This document shows, in pieces, positions 1 to 8,792 of a stretch of DNA of 64,000 bases (position 1 is its first letter; each line of letters starts with the position of its first letter). Position numbers and translations under genes: made by a program. The stretch lies in IMG/VR virus record IMGVR_UViG_3300027374_000004. The stretch is one strand, 5' to 3'. This stretch comes from an uncultured virus (IMG/VR IMGVR_UViG_3300027374_000004). Its lineage: Duplodnaviria > Heunggongvirae > Uroviricota > Caudoviricetes. The notes beneath the pieces were generated by a model. That model was not told where the DNA came from. It worked only from the letters and a program-made list of their open reading frames with translations, and searched no databases.

Positions 1-511
1 ATTCCTTCCACTGCTCGTAAGTCACTGCTTCTTCCTCCATTTCCTGTTGTATCATGTTCAAAAACCGCTGCCAGCCCAGGTCTAATGTTCTGTGGGGGCA
101 GTATTTCCCGTCATAGTCCTGGTGCTTCGTCACCTTGTCAAGGCCCCAGCCGTATTGTTTCAGCAGCTGAGCAATCAGCTCCGCCGCGTTTCGCTCCGCC
201 TTTTCAAACCGCTCCCCGCCAGACTTCGACCAGCAGATCTCAATATGGATCCCCTCCATGTTTCCCTCGCCGTGACCGTCCCCGCTGGCCCACGCGTTCC
301 GCTCCAGCGGCAGGCCCTGCACGGCCCCTTTTTCGTCCACGGCATAGTGATAACTCACCTCGTTATCATTGTTCACCATGTAGGTGATCTCACTCAGCGC
401 CGGGGCGTCGTTGGCCGTGTTATGTACCACGATCCGGCTGGGCGTTCGGGTATAGGGGCATTTGAGATCATACCGCCATTTAGGGCAAAGCTCTTTTTGA
501 ATAGTTATCAT
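1..511 (-). CDS. N-acetylmuramoyl-L-alanine amidase endolysin (3' end off window)
   Basis: Manual translation MITIQKELCPKWRYDLKCPYTRTPSRIVVHNTAND; Amidase_2 HNT motif; close paralog of 13513..14220. Confidence 0.92.
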   Translation of the reverse strand, partial: MITIQKELCPKWRYDLKCPYTRTPSRIVVHNTANDAPALSEITYMVNNDNEVSYHYAVDEKGAVQGLPLERNAWASGDGHGEGNMEGIHIEICWSKSGGERFEKAERNAAELIAQLLKQYGWGLDKVTKHQDYDGKYCPHRTLDLGWQRFLNMIQQEMEEEAVTYEQWKE

Positions 512-513
512 AC

Positions 514-963
514 CTACTCCTCCTCTCTGTTTCCATCATTGCCCTGCTTTTTCAGGGCTTCCAGCATGTTTTCCAAAAATGCCGGATAGGGCACGCCCAT
601 CAGTCCGATATTTTCCAGAATGGAAAGCCCTTCGTTCGCCACAAAGAACATACACACTGCCGGCCGTACAAAGCTGTGCCCGGTGTAAGCGTCCAGCAGC
701 GCCGCCAGAAATACCAGCAGCAGGATCGCGCATTTTCGCACCAATCCCTTAAATCCCGCCCGGCTTTCCAATGCCCCTGTCTGCGTTTTCCCGGAATTGT
801 GAAATACCCCGGCAACGACTAAACCGGTGATATAGTCCGCCGCCATGCAGCACAGTAATATCTGCAAGGTGATATCCCACCCTCCCAGCAGATTGGAAAG
901 GGCGCTTCCAATCATTGCCAAAACGCCCAAAACCATATTTTTCATTCGTATTGCCGCTTCCAT
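514..963 (-). CDS. Phage holin family protein (toxin secretion/phage lysis holin type)
   Basis: GGWD..L..L...M..DYITG and NEGLSILEN..MGVP motifs; start placed at ATG 963 after GGAGG. Confidence 0.9.
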   Translation of the reverse strand: MEAAIRMKNMVLGVLAMIGSALSNLLGGWDITLQILLCCMAADYITGLVVAGVFHNSGKTQTGALESRAGFKGLVRKCAILLLVFLAALLDAYTGHSFVRPAVCMFFVANEGLSILENIGLMGVPYPAFLENMLEALKKQGNDGNREEE

Positions 964-980
964 TTTGCACCTCCAATTTT

Positions 981-1106
981 TTATTCTGCCAGCTCGCCAC
1001 AATCAAGAGAGACCAGAAGATCCTTTACCTCCGCTTTCAGCCTGTCCGGCACCTGCACAAAGGTCTTTTTCCCTTTTACGATCAAAGTAGCGTATACCAC
1101 CGCCAT
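981..1106 (-). CDS. CD1375-like small phage protein
   Basis: MAVVYATLIVKGKKTF..VP..LK.EVK..L pattern; SD upstream. Confidence 0.8.
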   Translation of the reverse strand: MAVVYATLIVKGKKTFVQVPDRLKAEVKDLLVSLDCGELAE

Positions 1107-1155
1107 TTCCAGCACCTCCTTCCTTAGCAAGAATCCCAAAAGCAGAAATCGCAGG

Positions 1156-1281
1156 CTATTCATTGCCTATAGTCCCCTGCCTGTTCAGTTCCACTTGTAC
1201 CGCCTCTTGCAGAGACTTCGGCACATCGCCCAATGTTTTCTTTCCCTTGCGGATCAGTTCCGCATACACTCTGGCAATCAT
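1156..1281 (-). CDS. CD1375-like small phage protein
   Basis: MIARVYAELIRKGKKTLGDVP; AGGAGG SD. Confidence 0.8.
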   Translation of the reverse strand: MIARVYAELIRKGKKTLGDVPKSLQEAVQVELNRQGTIGNE

Positions 1282-1389
1282 ATTTGATTCCTCCTTTTTT
1301 TGACGAAATGTTTTGCGCTTTTGCTCCGCAAAATCCCGGTTTTTCAAACCGGGAAGCAAAACTTCCAGAAGGCTGAAAAATTCTATTTT

Positions 1390-1800
1390 TCAGCCTTTTT
1401 CCATTGCCTCATACATATCGCATAAGGCCATTTGCAGATCCGTGACCTGCTGTTCCAGCGCTGCGGCCCGCTCTTCCGGGGTGGGTTTACTCAGCTCCGC
1501 TTCATAGGCGGCTTGTCCCATCTCAAAAATTCTGACAGCTTCGGCATAAGGATTTTTCACATCAGCTACTTCGATCCCATCCAACCATTCGTAATCAGCA
1601 GTATTTAGCTTTAAAATCTCACCGTGAAATCGCTCTGCGATATTGTGTGCCCAAGGTTCAGTATTGCAATACTGAACCTTATCCTCTATTGTGCTGACAA
1701 TATTTCCGTCTTCAGCAACATGAAGGAGTTTTTCCTGATAAGAAACAGAATACCGGTCAATATGTATCGTTCTCCCGTTTAAAGAAAAAGGATATTCCAT
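1390..1800 (-). CDS. Hypothetical tail-associated protein
   Basis: 136 aa, C-terminal QVTDLQMALCDMYE; paralog of 15161..15574. Confidence 0.75.
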   Translation of the reverse strand: MEYPFSLNGRTIHIDRYSVSYQEKLLHVAEDGNIVSTIEDKVQYCNTEPWAHNIAERFHGEILKLNTADYEWLDGIEVADVKNPYAEAVRIFEMGQAAYEAELSKPTPEERAAALEQQVTDLQMALCDMYEAMEKG

Positions 1801-1809
1801 TTTTGCCTC

Positions 1810-3417
1810 CTACTCGGTTTTGTTCCCAATGATAGTGTTTGTACTCCCTCCACGATTGTTTATGCTCCCCCCAAAGGCGGCGTTGTAGGCCACCATGTTT
1901 TGCTTTCCCGCAGAAGTGATATCAATCGCATAAGTATTCAGGTATTTGGTTTTTGGGTGTACGACATTTCCCAAGATCACGCACCTGGTTCCTGAAATTT
2001 CAACTGGGCAGTCGGTTTCTTTACTTGCTTGGATATAATTACCCGTAACGATTTGATCTTCCCCGCCTACACGGAGACTGGAAGACATAAAAACATTCCC
2101 GCTGATCACAGAATCAAGCTCACGGGTAGTGGAGCTGCCACTGTAATCGAATATATTGTTGCTAATTGTATTTACATACCCATTATAAAGATCAAACCCA
2201 GCATCGCAGCTCACAAACACATTATTGCAAATCACGTTCCAGCCAAATGCCCCCTCTAACGCCTTGTGAAATTCTCGAAATTGGATGTTCTGAAATACGG
2301 AATCCAATATGAGATGGCCAGTTATACCAACACCGGCCGGATATTGGGAGCGTTTCGATACTAACATGAGATCACAAATTTTAGAATTGCTCGAACCTGA
2401 AGTAACACGTATAAGAGGTCCGTCAAATTTCAGATTCAACTGAGAAGAGCAGCCATTTCCTCGCATTGTCACTTGCTTGGGGGAGGAAAGCTGGATCGTA
2501 CTTGTAATATTGTAAGCACCTGAAAGGATCAGGATTTCTCCCCCTGTTCCGGGAAGTGTCTGGATCGCGGCATTGATTTCCTCCTGATCGTCTACCCCAT
2601 CACAGAGATAATCACAGTCTGTTTCTGTCCAGCCAGCCGTGCTGGTGCCAATAACAAAAGTACAGAATTGTTTTGACACATCGGACAGTTGTTCTGCCGG
2701 AACTTTTCCCTCTATCAGATCCGCCTTCCCGCTTTGCAGAGCCGCTACCTCTGTCATTACACTGCTTACATCGGTATTTTCAAGCTCACTTATCAGTTGA
2801 ACCGCCCGATCTCCTTGCGCCTTGGCATATTCTCCTTGGGTCTGAGCGGCAGAGGCCGTCTCCTGAGCCATTTCCGCTGCGGTATTCGCCACTTCCTTTG
2901 ATTCTTGCGCGGACTGCGCGGCCGCATTAGCCTGCTCTGCCGCAGCATCTGCCGCTTCCCTTGATTCTTGTGCAGATTGCGTAGCCGCATTGGCTCGTTC
3001 AGCTTCCCTATTGGCTCGCTCTGCCGCGATATTTGCCGTTCTTTCTGCCGCTTCTGCTTTCCCCTTGGCTTCTACTGCCTCGCCTGCAGCCAACTCCGCA
3101 TTCTGAGCCGCTGTGTTTGCCAATGCTGCCGCGGTCTGCACCGCCTGTGCCTTTTCCTCCGCCAGCTTCGCCGCATCCTCAGCGGCCTTTCCCTGCGTTT
3201 CCAAAAGCTCCCGCAGGGCGGTAAATTCCTCTAAGGTGTGCCATTCCTCTGAGGTGTCGTGCTTCCACTGCAATTCCCCGTTTTCATAGCGCATTTCCAC
3301 ATTTGCGCCATGCAGGGAATCCAGCCATTCTTCTTCTGTTCCGGGATAGCCCCGCTTTACAGCCAACCCGTAAGCCGAAAGATAATATCCCTTCCAGCCG
3401 GGAGTTCCGTTTACCAT
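1810..3417 (-). CDS. Tail spike/fibre: Ala-rich coiled coil plus right-handed beta-helix
   Basis: SAY.LAVK.GY.GTEEEWL.SL N-terminus, 21-aa Ala-rich repeats, CDGVDDQ.EI.AAI beta-helix cap, repeated I..N motifs. Confidence 0.8.
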   Translation of the reverse strand: MVNGTPGWKGYYLSAYGLAVKRGYPGTEEEWLDSLHGANVEMRYENGELQWKHDTSEEWHTLEEFTALRELLETQGKAAEDAAKLAEEKAQAVQTAAALANTAAQNAELAAGEAVEAKGKAEAAERTANIAAERANREAERANAATQSAQESREAADAAAEQANAAAQSAQESKEVANTAAEMAQETASAAQTQGEYAKAQGDRAVQLISELENTDVSSVMTEVAALQSGKADLIEGKVPAEQLSDVSKQFCTFVIGTSTAGWTETDCDYLCDGVDDQEEINAAIQTLPGTGGEILILSGAYNITSTIQLSSPKQVTMRGNGCSSQLNLKFDGPLIRVTSGSSNSKICDLMLVSKRSQYPAGVGITGHLILDSVFQNIQFREFHKALEGAFGWNVICNNVFVSCDAGFDLYNGYVNTISNNIFDYSGSSTTRELDSVISGNVFMSSSLRVGGEDQIVTGNYIQASKETDCPVEISGTRCVILGNVVHPKTKYLNTYAIDITSAGKQNMVAYNAAFGGSINNRGGSTNTIIGNKTE

Positions 3418-3782
3418 ACGCCGTTTTCCCCTTCCACATTGGTGTCCGCCGGGCGGTAAGCCCCCGCGAACCACCGCATAAATTCTGAAAATTCCGTGTT
3501 GAACATCTGCATGCTGTTCTGGTATTTGTTATATTCACCGTTGGCAAAGTCGATCATGGCGTAAAGATAGGAGAGATACAGCTTATCGTGGGGCTTTTCC
3601 ACCAACAGCTCCGTGTTTTTATCCGCCGGAAGAGCGTACCGCACGATCTCCACCGGCGCAAATAGAAACACCTGGGTCTGCACCATTCCCTCGCAGTCGT
3701 TCAGCCACTGTAATTTCTGCTCCTCGGTGTAAGCGTTGGGCTTTACCCTGTCTGTAAATTCCATCACTTCTTTTATTTTCAC
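3411..3782 (-). CDS. Hypothetical virion protein (possible head-tail adaptor)
   Basis: GTG start with SD; lies directly downstream of the capsid gene. Confidence 0.6.
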   Translation of the reverse strand: MKIKEVMEFTDRVKPNAYTEEQKLQWLNDCEGMVQTQVFLFAPVEIVRYALPADKNTELLVEKPHDKLYLSYLYAMIDFANGEYNKYQNSMQMFNTEFSEFMRWFAGAYRPADTNVEGENGVW

Positions 3783-3806
3783 AGATTTCCCCCTTTCCCA
3801 TGATGG

Positions 3807-3845
3807 GCGGCTGGGCCGCCGGTTTTGCTCCGGCGGCCCAGCCGC
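3807..3845. other. Perfect 16-bp stem-loop downstream of the capsid gene
   Basis: GCGGCTGGGCCGCCGG-TTTTGCT-CCGGCGGCCCAGCCGC. Confidence 0.85.
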
Positions 3846-3895
3846 TTTTCTCATGAAAAATTGTGATTCGGTTCGGCGTTACGCCATGAATGCCA

Positions 3896-4906
3896 TTATG
3901 CCCCCAGCAGCTTATCGCCGCCGGTCACTCCGCCGCAGGCCGCGAACCGCCAGTCGTTAAACCCGGCGGTAAAGCGGGCGTAGCCCTGCCACACGTTGGC
4001 GTCGTTGCCCTCGTCGATCCGGCTTCTCACCTCAAGCTTTGTGCGGTCCAGCCAAATGGCCCCGCCGTAGTCCTCGTTATAGCGGCTGTCAAGCAGCACC
4101 CAGGGGGAAGCACCCGCGGTGAGGTACTGGTTCAAATAAGGCCATACGATCACGTTCCACCGCCCGTACTGGTAGTTGAAGCCGTTGTTGGCGGTATCGG
4201 GATCCTTGTCCGCTCCGATGGCCGCAAACACCGCCTTTTTCAGGGCGTACTGGTTGGGAATCAGAATGGTGTCCGGAGCCACGTCCAGCACCTCGTTGTT
4301 GTCTCCCCGGAAATTCTGCATGGCGGTCTCCACCGCGGCCAGCGCGTCGTTGCTGAAGGCGTCGGAAAACAGGTTACCCTGAAGCTTTCCGGAAACCTTT
4401 GCCGGGTGGCTCTTATCGAACAGCTTCTTGCCGTCCGCCGCCGTGGTGGAAAAGGATTTCCCCTGGAAATTCACTTCCGTCTTTCCCGCCATGGCGCCGC
4501 CCAGCAGCGCTGCGCCGAACTTTTCCCTGGTACGGTGATACGAGGTGATAAACGCCGAGGGCTGCTTCTTCAGGTCGGTGACCTTCGCGTCCTCCACGAT
4601 CTCCCGAGACAGGGAAAAGCTGTTTTTCCAGGTCATGTTCTCCAGGAACTTGTCGTATCCCTCCTGCATGCCGTCCACGGGATATTCCCCGTTTTCGCCT
4701 ACAGGCTGGAAGCCCTCCATGGCCGTCATGGTGGTGAGCTTCTCTCCGAAATGCTTGGAAACCTCCATGCTGAACAGCTTTTTCAGCATGCTCTCCTGCT
4801 CAAAGGCCTCGCCCCGCTTCTCCAGAAAAAGCCGGATCGGCGCCTGAGATTTTCCGAAAATAGAATCCTGAAGGCCAGCGCCCTCAGTGAATGTAATATT
4901 TGCCAT
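3896..4906 (-). CDS. Major capsid protein (Mu gpT-like/HK97 fold)
   Basis: 336 aa, ADGKKLFDKSHP, PDTILIP and RFTAGFNDWR motifs; follows scaffold and decoration genes. Confidence 0.82.
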   Translation of the reverse strand: MANITFTEGAGLQDSIFGKSQAPIRLFLEKRGEAFEQESMLKKLFSMEVSKHFGEKLTTMTAMEGFQPVGENGEYPVDGMQEGYDKFLENMTWKNSFSLSREIVEDAKVTDLKKQPSAFITSYHRTREKFGAALLGGAMAGKTEVNFQGKSFSTTAADGKKLFDKSHPAKVSGKLQGNLFSDAFSNDALAAVETAMQNFRGDNNEVLDVAPDTILIPNQYALKKAVFAAIGADKDPDTANNGFNYQYGRWNVIVWPYLNQYLTAGASPWVLLDSRYNEDYGGAIWLDRTKLEVRSRIDEGNDANVWQGYARFTAGFNDWRFAACGGVTGGDKLLGA

Positions 4907-5000
4907 TAAAATTCCTCCCAAATTTTATATCGTTGCCTTTCATGGTCGGGCAGCGGAAAAGAACAGCTGTACTCCTTTCTCTGCTTCCTCCGCGTTTTCA

Positions 5001-5408
5001 TTACTGGGCGGTCGAAGCAGCCGCTTCTGTCTTCCCCAGACGGAAGCGAGTTCTTTCGCTGTCGGTATACACGATTTCCGCCGGGCCGCCCGCCGCGGCG
5101 CTCAGCCCGCAGCCATCGATTTTCAGCTGTACCTTGTCTCCCACAGCCGCGGTAAAGCCTGCGGGGGTCTCCGTCTCAAAAATGATATCCGCCGCCGCCC
5201 GGATCACCGGGATCAGCTCGCCCGCCGTACAGGCTTTGCTTCTTTCCGTCATGCTCAGGTAAAGAGGCGTGTCGGCCCCCGCCGCCACCGCCAGCTTACC
5301 GGCTGTCAGCTTCAGTGCCATTCCCGTTTTCGGCGTGATGGCCCCGCTGGGCAGATATTCCAGCCCGGGCACCCTGCCGCTGTCTGTTTGATAGATCAAA
5401 ATTGCCAT
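5001..5408 (-). CDS. Putative capsid decoration/cement protein
   Basis: Small Gly/Ala-rich beta protein between scaffold and capsid genes. Confidence 0.6.
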   Translation of the reverse strand: MAILIYQTDSGRVPGLEYLPSGAITPKTGMALKLTAGKLAVAAGADTPLYLSMTERSKACTAGELIPVIRAAADIIFETETPAGFTAAVGDKVQLKIDGCGLSAAAGGPAEIVYTDSERTRFRLGKTEAAASTAQ

Positions 5409-5444
5409 GCTTTTTCTCCTTTTCATCGTGATTTTCTGACTTCT

Positions 5445-6251
5445 TTAACGTTTCACATAGTCGTTATAGTGGGCCTGGATCTCCGCACCGGTCACATTGG
5501 GCAGCAGCATGCGGTATTCCTCCGCGATATCCGCCGGTACCCGCATGGCGCCGCTGCCCCGGGATTCGCTCTGCCGCATATGATCCTTTCCGCTGATTTG
5601 ATTTAAGGCCGCCTGCCGGGTAGCGTCTGCCGCCCGGCGGGAAAGGGCGTCAAAATTGACCAGTTTATAGGCCTCCGGCAGGGACAAGCCCTTTTCCACC
5701 AGACGGCAGATCTGCGGATATTCCGGCCGCCGGGACAGATCCTCCAGCCCCTTCACCGTGGGGTCCAGCGTTTTTACCGTGTTCAGATCCATCTCCAGCC
5801 TGGCCTTGACCCCCTCCGCCACCGCTCTCTGGGTATCACTTTGGGAGAACCTTCCCTTCGGAGACTCCTCCGAAAAGCTCTGATACGGCTGGCCCCTCTG
5901 TCCCTGATAACCGGCAGGCACATTTTGACCGCCGGCATCTCCGCCGGGATAAGGGGTCTGCAGCCCGGCGGAAGCGATCCTTTCCTTCAGCTCTTTTTCC
6001 ATTTTTCGCCGGGCTTCCTGCTGAGCCCTTCGCCGGATCGCCGCATATCGGGCGTTTTCTTCCGGGCTCTGCCCGTCGTTTTCCTTCTTTTTCTCCGTGG
6101 CCTGCTCCTTTGCGGGTGCGGCGAGCTCCCGTTCTTTTTCGCCTTCCGCGCCTTCCCGGGGTTCGGGCGCCGCGACCTCCCCGTTTTCGCCTGCCGCTCC
6201 GGTGCTTTCCGGTGCTTCTACCCCAAGCGCTTCATAATAATCAAGCTCCAT
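5445..6251 (-). CDS. Putative capsid scaffolding protein
   Basis: Acidic low-complexity N-terminus, QSPEENARYAAIRRRAQ helix; position upstream of capsid genes. Confidence 0.7.
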   Translation of the reverse strand: MELDYYEALGVEAPESTGAAGENGEVAAPEPREGAEGEKERELAAPAKEQATEKKKENDGQSPEENARYAAIRRRAQQEARRKMEKELKERIASAGLQTPYPGGDAGGQNVPAGYQGQRGQPYQSFSEESPKGRFSQSDTQRAVAEGVKARLEMDLNTVKTLDPTVKGLEDLSRRPEYPQICRLVEKGLSLPEAYKLVNFDALSRRAADATRQAALNQISGKDHMRQSESRGSGAMRVPADIAEEYRMLLPNVTGAEIQAHYNDYVKR

Positions 6252-6269
6252 AACTCATTTTCCTCCTGA

Positions 6270-6361
6270 TGCTTGCAATGCGAAGACATTGCAAGTGTTT
6301 TTGCTTGCAATGCGAAGACATTGCAAGTGTTTTTGCTTGCAATGCGAAGACATTGCAAGCA
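6270..6361. repeat. Tandem 32-bp palindromic repeat, about 2.9 copies
   Basis: Unit TGCTTGCAATGCGAAGACATTGCAAGTGTTTT at 6270, 6302 and 6334; internal inverted repeat CTTGCAATG/CATTGCAAG. Confidence 0.95.
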
Positions 6362-6448
6362 TTTTGATTTTTTCGCTTTTCCAAGATTCATAAGGAATCT
6401 GCGCGCGGCTCTTTTGCAGGGCCGCCTGTGCCTCAAAAGCCTGTCCGC

Positions 6449-6598
6449 TTACTTTCCGCCCTTTGCCTTTTCCACGCTGTCACGCAGATCTTCCCCGCGC
6501 TTTACCGTGCCGCGGGACTTTTTGCTCTGCGCAAAGGGCGCCTGTACATACTGGGAACCGGTGTTCTTCACCTTTCCCGCATATCCCTTCTCTGCCAT
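6449..6598 (-). CDS. Small basic hypothetical phage protein (49 aa)
   Basis: MAEKGYAGKVKNTGSQYVQAPF; strong AAAGGAGG SD. Confidence 0.75.
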   Translation of the reverse strand: MAEKGYAGKVKNTGSQYVQAPFAQSKKSRGTVKRGEDLRDSVEKAKGGK

Positions 6599-6702
6599 TT
6601 CTTTTCCTCCTTTCCTCTGTGATTTTTCTCGCACAATGATTGCAACGCGAAGCCAGCTTTGCCGGAAAAGCAAATCTTGCAATCATTTTTGATGGAATCT
6701 TC

Positions 6703-8196
6703 CTATGCTTTGGGCGGGCCCCAGCGCCGCCGCAGCAGCGCCCTTTCCTCCGGGCTCGCCCGATCGTAATCCTCCCACATATCCCGCGTCCACTCTGTCC
6801 GCTTTTGCTTCGAGCCGCCGCTTTGCTGCTCCCTGCTGTAATAGGCAATGGCCAGCGCCATCACGCAGTCGTCGTGGGCCCCGCTCTGTGCCTCAGGCCT
6901 TCCCTTTTCGTTTCTCACAAAGGTGAGCATTTCGCCCAGCGTCTCTTTGTCGTTTACCCATTCCGGGTGTTCCCGCACGATCTCCACCAGCCCCGCCAGG
7001 ATCACCGGCCTTGTGATCGAGGTGGTCTTAAAGCCGTAGCTCTGCCGAATCCTGTGGGTAAAGCTGTCCTCCGTCTGCCGGACAAACATGTTCTTGTACC
7101 GCAGGCGCTCCAGAGCCCTGATGGGGTAGCTGGAAAAATTCGCCTCGATGGAAAGCAGCGCCGTATGGTACCATTTTCCCAAGCAGTACATCTGCTTGGC
7201 GTAAAGATCCTCGTCCATTTTTCCCCGCAGGGTGCAGACCTGCTCTCCCGTCACGCAATCGATCACCTGGCCCACAAAGAAATCGGAGCCTTCCCCCGCC
7301 GTGTCTCCGCCGACCACGTAGATCCCTCCCTGCTCCGGCTCCCGGTATACGGAAATTGCCCCCGTATCGGAATCCGCAAAACGAATGGAGCTGTCGTCGA
7401 TCAGCACCTCATCGGCCTCCTGGCTGTACCGGATCTCAAATAGAAACTCGCCCTGCCGCAGGGGCTTCCCCACATCGGCCAGCCGCTGCGCCACCTTTTG
7501 GGCGTGGAACACCGTTTTTCCCAGTACGCCCCACTCTCCCAGGCAGTAGACCGCGTAAAAATAAGGGTCCGTTTCCCGGTACCCTTCCAGCGTCAGCTTG
7601 TAATCCTCGTCAATAAATCTGTTGTCCCGATAGGTGGTTTTCAGTACCGCTGCCCGGGGCTCCTCCCGGTCGAAAAATCTCTTTTTCAGCCAGTGCAATG
7701 AGGAGATGGGGTTAAAGGTCAGGGTGATCTGCTTTTTTGTGCCGCCGCCCCGCAGCCGCACGTCCAGCTGGTCAAAGGCGGATTCCTCGATCTCCGAGGC
7801 CTCTTCCACCCAGATATCCGTCAGCTCACCCTTGGGAAAGGTAGTGGACTTCAGCTTTTCCACGTTATCCAGCCCCTTGAAGATGACGCTGTTTCCGTTT
7901 TTGCACTGGATCCGCAGGGCGGAATCCTGGCAATGGAACAGGCCTTCCAGCCCCCAAAGGGAAATGACCTGTCGAAACAGCGCATAGGTGCTGTCCCGGT
8001 GGGTCGCCCACACCGCTCTCACCACCAGCAAATTGCACATGGGCTGTTTCAGCAGCCGCCAAAGATACCGCTGTACCGCAAAAACTGATTTTCCGGACCC
8101 CGCCCCGCCGTACAATACCAGATACCGGTGGCGGTCGTCCTCCAGCAGCGGCAGAAAGCAGGGGTTAAATACCTCCTTGGAAATACTTACCTCCAT
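6703..8196 (-). CDS. terL: Terminase large subunit, PBSX family
   Basis: Walker A YGGAGSGKS, Walker B IWVEEASE, nuclease motifs GGDTAGEGSD and HDDCVMA. Confidence 0.95.
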   Translation of the reverse strand: MEVSISKEVFNPCFLPLLEDDRHRYLVLYGGAGSGKSVFAVQRYLWRLLKQPMCNLLVVRAVWATHRDSTYALFRQVISLWGLEGLFHCQDSALRIQCKNGNSVIFKGLDNVEKLKSTTFPKGELTDIWVEEASEIEESAFDQLDVRLRGGGTKKQITLTFNPISSLHWLKKRFFDREEPRAAVLKTTYRDNRFIDEDYKLTLEGYRETDPYFYAVYCLGEWGVLGKTVFHAQKVAQRLADVGKPLRQGEFLFEIRYSQEADEVLIDDSSIRFADSDTGAISVYREPEQGGIYVVGGDTAGEGSDFFVGQVIDCVTGEQVCTLRGKMDEDLYAKQMYCLGKWYHTALLSIEANFSSYPIRALERLRYKNMFVRQTEDSFTHRIRQSYGFKTTSITRPVILAGLVEIVREHPEWVNDKETLGEMLTFVRNEKGRPEAQSGAHDDCVMALAIAYYSREQQSGGSKQKRTEWTRDMWEDYDRASPEERALLRRRWGPPKA

Positions 8197-8242
8197 GGCG
8201 CCTTTCCGGCAGGACCTTCCGAAGCGGCATGTGATCTGGCTG

Positions 8243-8620
8243 TCAGCCTCCGGGCTCTGTCAGCGTTACCCGGATCTCCTCCTGGACGGGACTTCCCTTC
8301 TCCTTTTCTCCATAGCCAAAGCAGCTTTGCAGCACAAGCCTGGCCCCGGCGGAGGTTTCCTTGTCGTATACCGCCTGCAAATTCGCCTCTTCGATCCTGC
8401 TTTTGGCCTGCGTCACAAGGGAAAGAAAGCCCTCCTCCTCTTCGCCGCCTCCTTCCAGATAACCGGAAAGGGCCTGCCTGCCGGAAAACCCCAGCGCGAG
8501 GGAAAGCCCCACTAAGGAAGGAAAATCATCCTTTTCCCCGCAGCTTCTGAAATAGCCGTCTATCGCTTCCCGCAGCGCCCGTTGAGAGCGCCATCTCCTT
8601 TTCTCTGTCGGTCCTGCCAT
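8243..8620 (-). CDS. terS: Terminase small subunit
   Basis: L..AID.YF, P.L.GL.L.LG and AK.RIE pattern; directly upstream of terL. Confidence 0.8.
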   Translation of the reverse strand: MAGPTEKRRWRSQRALREAIDGYFRSCGEKDDFPSLVGLSLALGFSGRQALSGYLEGGGEEEEGFLSLVTQAKSRIEEANLQAVYDKETSAGARLVLQSCFGYGEKEKGSPVQEEIRVTLTEPGG

Positions 8621-8750
8621 GCCTTCACCCCCTTTTCAAACGCTTTTCTCCGCCGTTTGACAAAGCAAAGCTTTTTGCTGTCCCGGCAAAAGCGTGTTTT
8701 CAGAGACGGCCAGCCGCCCGTTTCCCCGGCGGCCTACTGTCTCTATTCTC

Positions 8751-8792
8751 AGTATAAAAAAACATTTCGGACAATTGGGACAAAACGGACAA
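8751..8792 (-). promoter_or_regulatory. Putative activator-dependent late promoter
   Basis: Three TTGTCC direct repeats with a 9-bp period (8769, 8778, 8787) upstream of -10 TATACT (8751-8756). Confidence 0.6.

Noticed and set aside
6270..6361. CRISPR array
   Set aside because: Repeats are directly adjacent with no unique spacers, and there are no cas genes in the window
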